Source: Candidatus Wolframiiraptor sinensis (GTDB lineage Archaea; Thermoproteota; Nitrososphaeria_A; Caldarchaeales; Wolframiiraptoraceae). From it: a stretch of DNA of 64,000 bases. The notes under the pieces were generated by a model. That model did not search any database, was not told the DNA's origin, and was given only the letters and a program-made list of their open reading frames with translations. Every line of letters starts with the position of its first letter. Positions within the stretch are counted from its first letter, which is position 1. This document shows positions 10,663-20,116 of this stretch, piece by piece. The stretch spans positions 27,725-91,724 of the forward strand of contig JALNKA010000003.1 of NCBI GenBank assembly GCA_023261815.1, given 5' to 3'. Both the position numbers and the translations under genes were made by a program.

Positions 10663-11583
10663 TTGAAGATGCTGAGCGATGCGTGGAGATCGCTTGTGGC
10701 AATATTCTTGGCGCTGTCACTAGCGCTAGCGTTAAGCTGCCTCGGTGCGGAGGCTCAGCTCGATGGCGCTGATATGGGGGAGAACCTCCTCTGGCTCACT
10801 ATAGTGATCGCCGGCATGGATAGCATTAATCCCTGCGCATTCTACATACTAACCTTCCTGCTCAGCATCCTGATCTGCGCGAGGGATCGCGTCCGCATCC
10901 TCCTCATCGGCGGGATATTCGTCCTCATCTCAGGTCTCGCCTACTTCCTCTTCATGACCGCCTGCCTGAACGTCTTCAGGATCCTGAGCGCGCTCGGCCC
11001 ATTCTTCCTAATAATCATGATAATCGTGGCGGCCGCCGGCGCCATAAACGTGAAGGACTACTTCGCTCACGGCCGCGGCCCATCCCTAGGCGTATCAGAG
11101 AGAAGTCTCGCCAAGATAGGCAAATCAGCTAGAAGACTTGCGCGCGTGAGCTCACTGGGAGCTCTCGCGGCGAGCTCGGCGGCGCTCGCCTTCACGGTCA
11201 ATATCTATGAGTTGGCCTGCACCCCTGGATTCCCGCTCTACTACACGAGCATCCTAGCATCGCTCGGCATAAGCTACATCGAGTACTACCTCTATCTCGC
11301 GCTCTATAACCTAATATACGTCATGCCGATGCTCGGGATAGTCCTCGCATTCGCCTATACTCTGGGGAAAATGAGGTTGTCCGAGGCCTGGTCGAGGAGG
11401 ATAAAATTGTTCTCGGGATATCTCATGATCGCGCTCGCCCTCTCGATGATCGCGAGGCCATGGGCTCTCGCCTTCCTAGACACGACCCTACAGCTGATCG
11501 CCGCATCAGCCGTCGCGGCGATCCTAACTATAATAGTCTATGAGCGGGTTATGCGCAGAGGATTCCGTAAGCTATCTTTATGA
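10663..11583 (+). CDS. Membrane protein, CcdA/DsbD-like (cytochrome c biogenesis-type)
   Basis: Multiple TM helices; DSINPCAF and ELACT.G.P conserved Cys motifs. Confidence 0.65.
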   Translation: MKMLSDAWRSLVAIFLALSLALALSCLGAEAQLDGADMGENLLWLTIVIAGMDSINPCAFYILTFLLSILICARDRVRILLIGGIFVLISGLAYFLFMTACLNVFRILSALGPFFLIIMIIVAAAGAINVKDYFAHGRGPSLGVSERSLAKIGKSARRLARVSSLGALAASSAALAFTVNIYELACTPGFPLYYTSILASLGISYIEYYLYLALYNLIYVMPMLGIVLAFAYTLGKMRLSEAWSRRIKLFSGYLMIALALSMIARPWALAFLDTTLQLIAASAVAAILTIIVYERVMRRGFRKLSL

Positions 11584-11607
11584 GCTCGGGGGCATCCTCA
11601 CCACTAG

Positions 11608-12312
11608 ATGCCGCTAGCCGCAAAGATCTTCGAGATAAGGGCTGAGACGGCGCTCGAGGAGATAGCTGACAAGCTTATGGGCTACAGGGTCGTCGAGGAG
11701 AGGGAGGAGGACGGCCAATCCTTCGAGCTCATAACGGAGGTTAGGGATCTGGATCTCAAGAGCGATAGGCTCGAGGGCGTGTTCAGCAGGGATAAGCTGA
11801 TAGTCGTTAATCAGCGCGGGAGGCTCGTGCCGGTGCTCAAGACGGTCGAGGCGAGGATAATCTTCAGGAGAGCCGAAGATCTCATGCTCCTCACCGTCGT
11901 TCAGAAGAAGCACTTCGCGAACGCCGTGGCCTCGCTCCTCTCCCACCACCTCTTCCTATCCTATAAGGCAATAACAGAGGCCAGAGTCTCGCCATCAGTG
12001 ATGAGGGAGTTTCATGAGAGAAACCCGGAGGGAACAAAGGTGATATACTTCGACGACCTCGACTTCGTGGACGTCGATAAGCTCGCCCTCTACGGCGACT
12101 CCCTGAAGAACACTGCTCTCTACGAGGAATACCTCAGGCATGGCAAGATCCACTATTTAGTTTATCAAGTCCCGGAAAAAGGTTATGTAATGGGATTAAC
12201 GCGAAACTGTGTAGTAACCTCGTTCACAAAAATACCGATTGATGAGTTCATAAATTATATTGAACAAGTAATTATCCCTTTGATAATCAAAAGTAAAAAA
12301 AGTGAATGTTAG
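11608..12312 (+). CDS. Conserved hypothetical protein; last ~52 codons supplied by an inserted element
   Basis: Host-like codon usage up to ~12153, then an abrupt AT-rich tail; a second copy of the tail lies at 13923-14087. Confidence 0.85.
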   Translation: MPLAAKIFEIRAETALEEIADKLMGYRVVEEREEDGQSFELITEVRDLDLKSDRLEGVFSRDKLIVVNQRGRLVPVLKTVEARIIFRRAEDLMLLTVVQKKHFANAVASLLSHHLFLSYKAITEARVSPSVMREFHERNPEGTKVIYFDDLDFVDVDKLALYGDSLKNTALYEEYLRHGKIHYLVYQVPEKGYVMGLTRNCVVTSFTKIPIDEFINYIEQVIIPLIIKSKKSEC

Positions 12313-12378
12313 TCTAAAGGTAAAAAGGAGGGAAGGGGAAAGAAAGGTGGAGGGGTTGTGTTCCTCCTTTCTTTTTTA
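12313..12378. terminator. Probable bidirectional purine/pyrimidine-tract terminator region
   Basis: AAAAAGGAGGGAAGGGGAAAGAAAGG followed by TTCCTCCTTTCTTTTTT between convergent genes. Confidence 0.45.
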
Positions 12379-13092
12379 TCTATCTTTTTTGTTTGATGAT
12401 ATCTTTTCTCTGAGAGTCTCCATTTTTCTTCGTATAGTGAATCCGACAGCATCATAGAATTTAATTAAATTCTCCTTTCGTCTGATCTCTAAAATGTAAA
12501 TGTGGTCTTGTTTATACTTGTACCATTTTCCTGTTTGTTTGTTAAAGAATGTTGACTTTAGACGTCTTTGGGTTGTGATTGTGGCCTCGATTCCTAAATC
12601 GTTTAATAGCTCTTTAACAAGCTCTAAGAGCGCCTTATTATAGTTGGCTGCAACTATCTCGTATCGCCAACGTTCTTTGACAATACAGCCTTCCGCATCG
12701 AAGAAGGCTCTACATGCTTCTATAGGGTATTTCTTGAGTATATGTCGGACCGAGGTCACGTCCTTACATGCTTCGGCAAGTATCCTGCATAATATAACGC
12801 TCCTTCCAACCACTGTCCAGCATTGATGATTTTTGTCCCAAAACGGTTTATAGGCCCTCCTTTTGCCAAGACTTATTGCAAGGCATTTCCCCCACTCGGC
12901 GGCAAATTCGTAATCCACCGACCTTAGCATTATCCCATAGTGATGGTGCCTAAAATCTATAGTGAAAGCCCCATCACCGAGCCATCCGGCGATGGTGTAG
13001 GAGAGTTCTGGACACTCCACCACCCTATTGTATCGACGTAGTATGGGTTTAACTTCAAAAAGTTTTTGGATAATCCGTTCAGAAGGCATCAT
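12376..13092 (-). CDS. Free-standing double-motif LAGLIDADG homing endonuclease
   Basis: Motifs SYTIAGWLGDG and ACRAFFDAEG; C-terminal F...VGFTIRRK; GAGGTGA SD-like sequence upstream; no intein splicing residues. Confidence 0.88.
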   Translation of the reverse strand: MMPSERIIQKLFEVKPILRRYNRVVECPELSYTIAGWLGDGAFTIDFRHHHYGIMLRSVDYEFAAEWGKCLAISLGKRRAYKPFWDKNHQCWTVVGRSVILCRILAEACKDVTSVRHILKKYPIEACRAFFDAEGCIVKERWRYEIVAANYNKALLELVKELLNDLGIEATITTQRRLKSTFFNKQTGKWYKYKQDHIYILEIRRKENLIKFYDAVGFTIRRKMETLREKISSNKKDR

Positions 13093-13510
13093 TACGTCAC
13101 CTCGAAGAACACGTCCTCGACGGGGTCATAGCATACGTGCGGCTTAGAATTCCAACAGTGCCCATATAAATTCTCCTAGTCATCCTCCATCTCTCTCCGT
13201 CCATTAGCTCGGCTCCCATTCTACCGGCCCCCCTAGCCAGAATCCTCAAAGCCCTCCTCCTCGACCTCGCCGTAAGATACCTCTAAGCGATCGCGTTCAT
13301 CCTCCGATAAAGCCGGCTCCAATCCTCGTCGAAGGCTTCTCCAGGAATTCTCCGATCTGAAGCTGGAGAGTAGATCACCATATCACCCGATAAAGCCGCT
13401 CTATCTCGTTAGGAAGGCCATGGATGCCGAATTGGGAGAGAGGTCAGCGTAGCCAGTATAGGAGGCGTCAAGGGCAGGGAAGCATTGTTGTATTATGTTC
13501 ATCCACCGTG

Positions 13511-13648
13511 ATGCCCGGAATATACGCCATAATAGTCAAGCCGAGAAGCGATCTCGAGATAAAGTATCCATGCAAGGTCAGGATGGAGGATGGAGCGATA
13601 ATAGTGATAGACAGGGAGAGGGCTGAGAAAGTGGCTGAGGAGAAATGA
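13511..13648 (+). CDS. Small hypothetical protein inside the insert
   Basis: 45-aa ORF whose TGA overlaps (ATGA) the next ORF. Confidence 0.35.
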   Translation: MPGIYAIIVKPRSDLEIKYPCKVRMEDGAIIVIDRERAEKVAEEK

Positions 13649-13776
13649 TGCTAAGCGATCCAATACTATTGCTGGTTGAGGCTAATGGGGGCAAAGTGGA
13701 GGGCAGGAGCATTCAGGGGATGATATATCTTCTGGCGCGCGTCCTCAGGTTACCATTATCGCGGGAGTCCTTTTAA
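13645..13776 (+). pseudogene. Truncated fragment, possibly of a winged-helix (YwgA-like) protein
   Basis: MMLSDPILLLVEANGGKVEGRSIQGMIYLL resembles the N-terminus of GR..xQK.IYLL proteins; ends after 43 aa. Confidence 0.35.
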
Positions 13777-13922
13777 GGGTAGTCTCGGAGGCTGTGAGCA
13801 TGCCGAGACTAGTTAAGCTAGTTAACTAGTTAAGATAGAATCATGAAAATAAAAATATTATTCGAGGCGAGCAGGAGCTCGGATAAATTGGCGAAGGATA
13901 TATATCCAACTTTACTTTTTAG

Positions 13923-14087
13923 CACATAGTATTCACGGTTACTGGGACGAATAGGGTCATGGGGCTGACGAGAAACTGCGTGGTAACGTCCTTCACCAAG
14001 ATGCCGGAGTCGGAGTTCATCGAGTACATAGATGGAATCGTTATCCCGCTGATACTCAAGAGCAGAAGGGAGCATGGGGGGGAATGA
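13923..14087 (+). pseudogene. Displaced original 3' end of the 11608 gene
   Basis: Stop-free frame HIVFTVTGTNRVMGLTRNCVVTSFTKMPESEFIEYIDGIVIPLILKSRREHGGE*; host-like codons; TGA overlaps the mvk ATG. Confidence 0.88.
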
Positions 14088-14989
14088 GAGCAGCGGCCTC
14101 AGCCCCAGGCAAGGTGATACTATTCGGCGAGCACTTTGTCGTCCACGGCGCCCCGGCGCTCGTGGCCTCAATAGACCTCAGGGCAGCGGCGATCGTCGAG
14201 CGCGCGGAATCTGGGGGCGTTAGGCTAAGTGATGGATCCAAGGATAATCCGGCGGTGAAGGCTGTTGAACATGTCCTGCGCAGGCTTGGCGCGAGCGCGA
14301 GCCTGATCATCGAGATTGAGTCAAGAATACCTCAGAGCGTCGGCCTGGGCTCCTCAGCTGCCCTTGCGGCATCCTCTTCAGCCGCGGCGCTTCATCTTCT
14401 AGCCGGAAGGCTTGACCTCAACCTGATACTTGAGTCATCGCATGAGGGCGAGAAGATTATTCACTACATGCCGTCCGGCATAGATACCTCGATCGCGACA
14501 TTCGGCGGGATCGGGGTTTACGCGAGATCGAGCGGGTACAAGAAGCTCGACATCGCGCTCGAGGAAATACTCGTGGTGAATACTGGTATGCGGAGGAGGA
14601 CCGGGGATATGGTATTGAGGGTGAGGGGGTTCGCCGAGAGGGAGCCTGAGCAGTTTAAGCAGCTCCTAGATGAGGCTGGACGGATAATCGAGGAAGGGCT
14701 TGATGCGTTGAGGAGCCGTGACTTGGAGAGGCTTGGAATGCTCATGAGCAGGAACCAGGAGCTTCTGAGGGTTGTGGGGGTTTCATCGCCCGAGCTTGAG
14801 GAGGCGATCGCGATGTGCCTGGATGCCGGAGCCTATGGAGCCAAGCTAACGGGAGCTGGAGGTGGAGGTTGCGTGATAGCCGCTGCGGACCCCGATAAGA
14901 TGGACGAAATAATCTCGAGGATCTCAGGAAGATTCGAAGTATTCAGGGTTAGGCTCGGCGTCGAGGGAGTTAGGGTCGAGCGGCCGTGA
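14084..14989 (+). CDS. mvk: Mevalonate kinase
   Basis: SAPGKVILFGEHFVVHG, P.SVGLGSSAA, SGID, GAKLTGAGGGG. Confidence 0.95.
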   Translation: MRAAASAPGKVILFGEHFVVHGAPALVASIDLRAAAIVERAESGGVRLSDGSKDNPAVKAVEHVLRRLGASASLIIEIESRIPQSVGLGSSAALAASSSAAALHLLAGRLDLNLILESSHEGEKIIHYMPSGIDTSIATFGGIGVYARSSGYKKLDIALEEILVVNTGMRRRTGDMVLRVRGFAEREPEQFKQLLDEAGRIIEEGLDALRSRDLERLGMLMSRNQELLRVVGVSSPELEEAIAMCLDAGAYGAKLTGAGGGGCVIAAADPDKMDEIISRISGRFEVFRVRLGVEGVRVERP

Positions 14990-16364
14990 GCTTCTTGTAG
15001 ATTCTATCAACCTCGTCGAGAAGCTGTATTGTTAGCCTCTCCGCTTCACCCGTGTAGCTTGAGGGCCTTAGATCCGCCAGCTTGCTGTACTCGCTCTCCG
15101 GCAGATGACTTCTCAAAACCTCAGCCACCTTGCTCCAGCCATCCTTAACCGCCTGTTGGATGAGCTCGTATGCGTCCTCGACGCCGAGCTTCCTCAAGAA
15201 GACCTGATAGGCCTCCGTCAGGATCTCTGGATGACCCTCAACCTCGAGGAGCATCTCCTCCTTCCTCACGATAATCCTATCTAATGCTCCCTCCAGATTC
15301 CTGATACCCAGAACTGTCAGCGAGAGCGGCAGGCCGTAGAATCTCTTGATTATTGAGTCGGAGAGGTCTCTCTGGAGCCTGCTCGAGATGAGCCTCCTCG
15401 CCATGTATGCGAGGCTCTCCGAGGCGAGGTCGAAGGCGCCCTCAGCGTTCTCGAGGAGAATCGGATTGGATTTATGGGGCATCGTGGAGGAGTGTATCTC
15501 CTTTTCCTTAATCCCGAAGATTAGGAGACCGAGCGATGAGAGCATCCACAGGTCCCTGCAGAGATTCGAGAGCACCGAATCGAGTATAGCGACCTTCATC
15601 AGGTACTCGGAGACCCGGTCATGCGGCAGAATCTGGGTGGCAGCGGGAAAATACTCCAAGCCCATGGACTCTACAAATGATCTGGCGAACTCGAGCCAGT
15701 CCACGTTCGGATAAGCGACCTTCAGAGCGGATAGGTCGCCGACGGCTCCACCGAGCTTCCCGGGGAACCTGAAGGAGTGGAGCTCCTCAGTTATTCTCGC
15801 CACCCTGTAGGCATAATTCGCCAAGAACTTTCCGAATGTCGTCGGCACGGCTGGGACGCCGTGAGTTCTGCCGAGCATAATAGTGTCCACGTGCTCTAAT
15901 GCGAGCGATGAAAGCTTCTCTATAAGAGAGATGAGCGCCGGGATTAAGGCCTCTTGATTAAACCTGTGGAGCAGCCTGGAGAGCGCGAGATTATTCACGT
16001 CCTCCGATGTTAATCCTAGGTGTATGTGCGATGCGATGATCCCGAGCCCATATTCGTGGAGCTTCTCCCTGAGGAGGCGGATGAGCGCCGCGACATCGTG
16101 CCCAAGAGCTCTCTCCAGCTCCTTAACCCTCCTAGCGTCCTCGATGGAGACCTCCTCTCCTATGACCCTGAGAACCTCCCTCCACTTCAGCGGCAGGGCG
16201 CTTATCTTACCGGGCTCAACCTCCTCGATTAGCTTTGCGAGATACTCAACCTCGACCCTGGCCCTCTCCTTTATCAGCGCGTGCTCGGAGAAGTATTCTG
16301 ATAGCTGCTCGAGCTTCTCGCGATACCTTCCATCTATCGGGGTTATCGCCTCGAGCGGATCCAT
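14970..16364 (-). CDS. purB: Adenylosuccinate lyase
   Basis: PIDGRY, H.GLTSED, RTHG.PA.PTT.GK, SSTMPHK.NP. Confidence 0.95.
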   Translation of the reverse strand: MDPLEAITPIDGRYREKLEQLSEYFSEHALIKERARVEVEYLAKLIEEVEPGKISALPLKWREVLRVIGEEVSIEDARRVKELERALGHDVAALIRLLREKLHEYGLGIIASHIHLGLTSEDVNNLALSRLLHRFNQEALIPALISLIEKLSSLALEHVDTIMLGRTHGVPAVPTTFGKFLANYAYRVARITEELHSFRFPGKLGGAVGDLSALKVAYPNVDWLEFARSFVESMGLEYFPAATQILPHDRVSEYLMKVAILDSVLSNLCRDLWMLSSLGLLIFGIKEKEIHSSTMPHKSNPILLENAEGAFDLASESLAYMARRLISSRLQRDLSDSIIKRFYGLPLSLTVLGIRNLEGALDRIIVRKEEMLLEVEGHPEILTEAYQVFLRKLGVEDAYELIQQAVKDGWSKVAEVLRSHLPESEYSKLADLRPSSYTGEAERLTIQLLDEVDRIYKKLTAARP

Positions 16365-16365
16365 T

Positions 16366-17613
16366 TCATCTCTCGACCTCCATTCCAGCCTCAGCTCCAA
16401 TTGATATTAGCTTAATCGGCTTTTCTAGGAGGTCCTCGAGAAGCTCTATGTAGGCTTTGGCTTCATCCGGCAGAGCTTCCCATCCTCTTTCAGCAATCCT
16501 CCTCCATTCATCTTCAGAGATCTTCCTCCATCCATCGACCTCCTCATAGACCGGCTTAACCCTACTGAGAAGCTTTACGCTCGGCGGAGCAATTCCCAGG
16601 GTCTTGCCATCGACCTCATACTCGACGCATATTCGGATTTTCTCCAACCCGCTCAGAACATCGAGCTTGGTCAATGCTATCCAGTCCACATTACTTATCT
16701 TCATCGCGTATCTCATGAGCGGGATATCGAGCCATCCAACCCTCCTCGGCCTGCCGGTCGTGGTCCCATATTCCTGGCCCAGCTCCCGAAGCCTCTCGCC
16801 CAGCTCGCCCTTGATCTCCGTCGGGAAGACGCCAGCTCCAACCCTCGTCGTGTAAGCTTTAGCGACGCCGATCACCTGGCTTATCCTGGTGGGGCCGACC
16901 CCGCAGCCCGTGCACGCGGCGCCAGCAATCGTATTCGAAGACGTGACGTAGGGATAGGTCCCGTGATCTATGTCGAGTAGCGTTCCCTGAGCTCCCTCGA
17001 AGACGACCTTTCCGCCATAATCCAGGACGTCGTTCACGTATAGCTCGACATCTCCCACGTAGGGCGCTATTCTCTCGCCAAGCCTCCTGAGGTTCTCGAA
17101 GTTGTCCGGCTCCTCACCATGAAGCCTTCTCAGAATCTCGAGCTTCTCCTTCAGATCATCAGGATTCAATAGATCCTCGATTCTCAGGCCCGTTCTAAGA
17201 GCCTTATCCGAGTAAGTCGGCCCTATGCCCCTCCTAGTGGTTCCGACGGCGCTTCCTCCCCTCGCCTCCTCTATCTTCGAATCCAGCTTCTTGTGCATCG
17301 AGAGGACGATGCTTGCGGACCTGCTTATCATCAGCTTAGGATCAAGGCCGATGGACCTGAGCATTTCAAGCTCTTCGAAGACCTCATCGAGATCAACGAC
17401 GGTGCCGGATGCTATGCACGGTCTCGCGCCGGCCGCAGACCCAGCTGGGATAATATTGAACTTCAGCTTTCTTCCTTGGGTGATGACGGTGTGGCCCGCG
17501 TTCGCGCCTCCCTGGAACCTGACGACGCAGTCGGCATCCCTGCACAGCAGATAAGATATCTTGCCCTTGCCCTCATCTCCCCACTGGAGCCCTACTATGA
17601 CTATGCCCGGCAT
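16366..17613 (-). CDS. purA: Adenylosuccinate synthetase
   Basis: QWGDEGKGK, GG.NAGHT, EGAQGTLLDIDHGTYPYVTSS, TTGRPRRVGW. Confidence 0.97.
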   Translation of the reverse strand: MPGIVIVGLQWGDEGKGKISYLLCRDADCVVRFQGGANAGHTVITQGRKLKFNIIPAGSAAGARPCIASGTVVDLDEVFEELEMLRSIGLDPKLMISRSASIVLSMHKKLDSKIEEARGGSAVGTTRRGIGPTYSDKALRTGLRIEDLLNPDDLKEKLEILRRLHGEEPDNFENLRRLGERIAPYVGDVELYVNDVLDYGGKVVFEGAQGTLLDIDHGTYPYVTSSNTIAGAACTGCGVGPTRISQVIGVAKAYTTRVGAGVFPTEIKGELGERLRELGQEYGTTTGRPRRVGWLDIPLMRYAMKISNVDWIALTKLDVLSGLEKIRICVEYEVDGKTLGIAPPSVKLLSRVKPVYEEVDGWRKISEDEWRRIAERGWEALPDEAKAYIELLEDLLEKPIKLISIGAEAGMEVER

Positions 17614-17615
17614 CT

Positions 17616-19070
17616 CTAGATCACTTCCACGTCATGCGGGTAGCTCTCCCTTATGCCGGCCGGGCTAACCCTGATGAAGATGGCGTTCCTCCTCAGCTCC
17701 TCGAGGTTCCTGGCGCCGAGGTAGCTCATGCCGGATCTTAAGCCCGCTACGAGCCTCTTCACGACATCGGATGCTGAGCCGACGTAGGGCACATAAGCCT
17801 CCACGCCCTCCGCGTAGTAGGAGTATTCCGAGGCATCTAGGAGGGTCTCCGCGTCATCCCTCACCATGAACTCCCTCCCTAGCATGGCATACATCGAGGC
17901 CATTCCCCTGTATATCTTATACCTCCTCCCATTCTTCATCACTATGGCTCCCGGGCTCTCATCCGTGCCCGCAAGAAGTTTTCCTATCATCACCGTTGAA
18001 GCTCCGGCTGCAAGGGCCTTCACGACGTCGCCGCTCTCCCTTATGCCGCCATCCGCGATTATCGGCACGTCCATACGCTCGGCCGCCTCGGCGCACTCCA
18101 TTATAGCCGTGAGCTGCGGCACTCCAACCCCAGCAACTATCCTTGTCGTGCAGACGGATCCCGGCCCTATCCCGACCTTGACAGCGCTGGCCCCGGCCGA
18201 TGCCAGGTCCTCCACACCCTCCCGAGTCGCAACATTTCCCGCCACGATCTCAACATCATCGCCGTAGATCACTCTGAGCCTTCTTACCATCTCTATGCAC
18301 ATCTCGCTGTGCCCATGGGCCACGTCCACGACAATGGCGTCCGCGCCAGCCTCAACGAGGAGCTGAGCCCTCTCGAGCTCCTTCTCCTTTACCCCAACGG
18401 CCGCGGCGACTAGAAGCCTTCCCTTGGAGTCTCTAGAGGCATTCGGGTAAGCCTCCCGTTTAACGAGGTCAACGCTGGTTATCAAGCCCTTCAGCCTGCC
18501 ATCATCATCGACTATGGGAAGCTTCTCTATCTTATGGCTCCTGAATATCTCTCTAGCCTCCTCCAGCGAGATGCCCTCCTTGGCGACGATCATGTCGTTT
18601 CTCGGCGTCATACAGCTCCTCACAAGCTTCCTATAATCCTCGAAGAGGACATCTCTTCTAGTTATGATTCCGAGGAGTTTGCCGTGATCGTCGACCACGA
18701 GGAGGCCGCTTATGCCGAGGAACTCCATGAGCTCCTTCGCCTCCTTGACCGTGGCGTCGGGCCTTATCGTGGCGGGCTTCTCTATCACGATGTTCTCCGC
18801 GCGCTTTACCTTCGAGACCTCCTCGGCCTGCTTCTGGGGCGGCATGAACCTGTGTATGACGCCGATGCCGCCCTCCCTGGCCATCGTTATGGCCATCCTC
18901 GACTCGGTCACAGTATCCATCGCGGCCGAGACTATGGGTATATTCAGCCAGATACCTCTCGTGAACCTGCTCCTCGTATCAACCTCCTTTCTAGATCTTA
19001 TGGAGGATCTTCTCGGAATAAGGAGAACATCGTCAAAGGAGAGGCCGATATGTCCTAGGATCTCCCCCAC
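17616..19070 (-). CDS. guaB: IMP dehydrogenase
   Basis: [12 protein letters not shown] pair, [25 protein letters not shown]. Confidence 0.97.
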   Translation of the reverse strand: MGEILGHIGLSFDDVLLIPRRSSIRSRKEVDTRSRFTRGIWLNIPIVSAAMDTVTESRMAITMAREGGIGVIHRFMPPQKQAEEVSKVKRAENIVIEKPATIRPDATVKEAKELMEFLGISGLLVVDDHGKLLGIITRRDVLFEDYRKLVRSCMTPRNDMIVAKEGISLEEAREIFRSHKIEKLPIVDDDGRLKGLITSVDLVKREAYPNASRDSKGRLLVAAAVGVKEKELERAQLLVEAGADAIVVDVAHGHSEMCIEMVRRLRVIYGDDVEIVAGNVATREGVEDLASAGASAVKVGIGPGSVCTTRIVAGVGVPQLTAIMECAEAAERMDVPIIADGGIRESGDVVKALAAGASTVMIGKLLAGTDESPGAIVMKNGRRYKIYRGMASMYAMLGREFMVRDDAETLLDASEYSYYAEGVEAYVPYVGSASDVVKRLVAGLRSGMSYLGARNLEELRRNAIFIRVSPAGIRESYPHDVEVI

Positions 19071-19123
19071 AGATTTCCCTCCGCGAAAACGACGCGCCAG
19101 AATTTATTATTTGATCCGGGAGG

Positions 19124-20116
19124 TCAGCTGCGCTCCATGAATAGCCTCCAGAGCTCGTCGAGGACCGGCCCCCTAACCCTCTCCTCCAGCCCGTCCCTCC
19201 TAACCACGACATTCCCCTCCCTTCTCGCCCTCAGCTCCCCGATCACCTTAAAGCCTGGCATCCTCCCTAGCCCCCCGGCCAGGCTCCTGGGAATAGCAGC
19301 GAGCAGGACGCCGGAGGAGATGAGCTTCAGGGGATCGCATCCGAGGGCATCGCATATGAGCCTAGTCTCCCTGGCTATGGGGACTGCCTCCTCGTAGATT
19401 ATGAAGGAGCAGCTACTCGCTTCCGCGAGCTCATAGGCTCCGCCGATCAAGCCGCCCTCCGTGGGGTCATGCATGGCCCTGGCCAGCCCACTTCTAGCAA
19501 GCCTCAAAGCCTCATTGACGACGCTTATCCTCCTGTAGAACCCCTCGGCGCGGGCTAGAACCTCATCCGGCACCCTCCCCGAGAGCAAGCCCTTGAAATC
19601 CGATGCCAGGATGGCGGTTCCCTCGATCCCAGCGGTCTTCGACATGACGAGGAGGTCTCCAGGCCTCGCGCCCGAGGAGGTGATGGGCTTCCCCGATACT
19701 AGCTCGCCGACCATATGGCCAATTATTATCGGCCTCGAGATCCCCGGAGAAATCTCGGTATGCCCAGTCACGAGCGCCACGCGCAGCTTCCTACAAGCCC
19801 TATGAATATCCCGGGTTATCCTATCGAGGTCATCCAGCCGATCTTCTGGGAGCAGTATCGTCGATGAGAACCATTTCGGCTCAGCGCCCATAACCGCGAC
19901 ATCGTTTGCGTTCACGTGGACCGAGAGCCAACCCGCCAGCTCGCTGGCGCCCGTTATGGGATCCATGGCCACTACAAGTAGCCTACCTCCGCTCCTTACA
20001 ACAGCGGCATCCTCGCCGAACCTCGGCGGAACCACGACATCCCTCCTCTTATAGCCGAGCCTGCGGAAAACAATCTTCTCGAGAAGATTTCTATCGATTT
20101 TCCCAAGCCTCTTCAT
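19124..20116 (-). CDS. AIR synthase/HypE-related protein
   Basis: GEDAA, DPITGA, NAND.A..GAEP, GHTE, MHDPTEGG. Confidence 0.85.
   Translation of the reverse strand: MKRLGKIDRNLLEKIVFRRLGYKRRDVVVPPRFGEDAAVVRSGGRLLVVAMDPITGASELAGWLSVHVNANDVAVMGAEPKWFSSTILLPEDRLDDLDRITRDIHRACRKLRVALVTGHTEISPGISRPIIIGHMVGELVSGKPITSSGARPGDLLVMSKTAGIEGTAILASDFKGLLSGRVPDEVLARAEGFYRRISVVNEALRLARSGLARAMHDPTEGGLIGGAYELAEASSCSFIIYEEAVPIARETRLICDALGCDPLKLISSGVLLAAIPRSLAGGLGRMPGFKVIGELRARREGNVVVRRDGLEERVRGPVLDELWRLFMERS

Larger units (their letters stand above)
12155..13923. mobile_element. Insert with replacement 3' gene end, free-standing LAGLIDADG endonuclease and gene remnants
   Basis: Removing it rejoins ...GKIH-Y-IVFTV...VMGLTRNC... 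in frame to a TGA overlapping the mvk ATG; AT-rich left part; junctions approximate. Confidence 0.8.

Noticed and set aside
12155-13923. Insert interpreted as a BHB mRNA intron or an intein
   Set aside because: No pairing between the junctions; the endonuclease is antisense; no intein Cys/His-Asn termini; the host ORF terminates at its own stop within the insert
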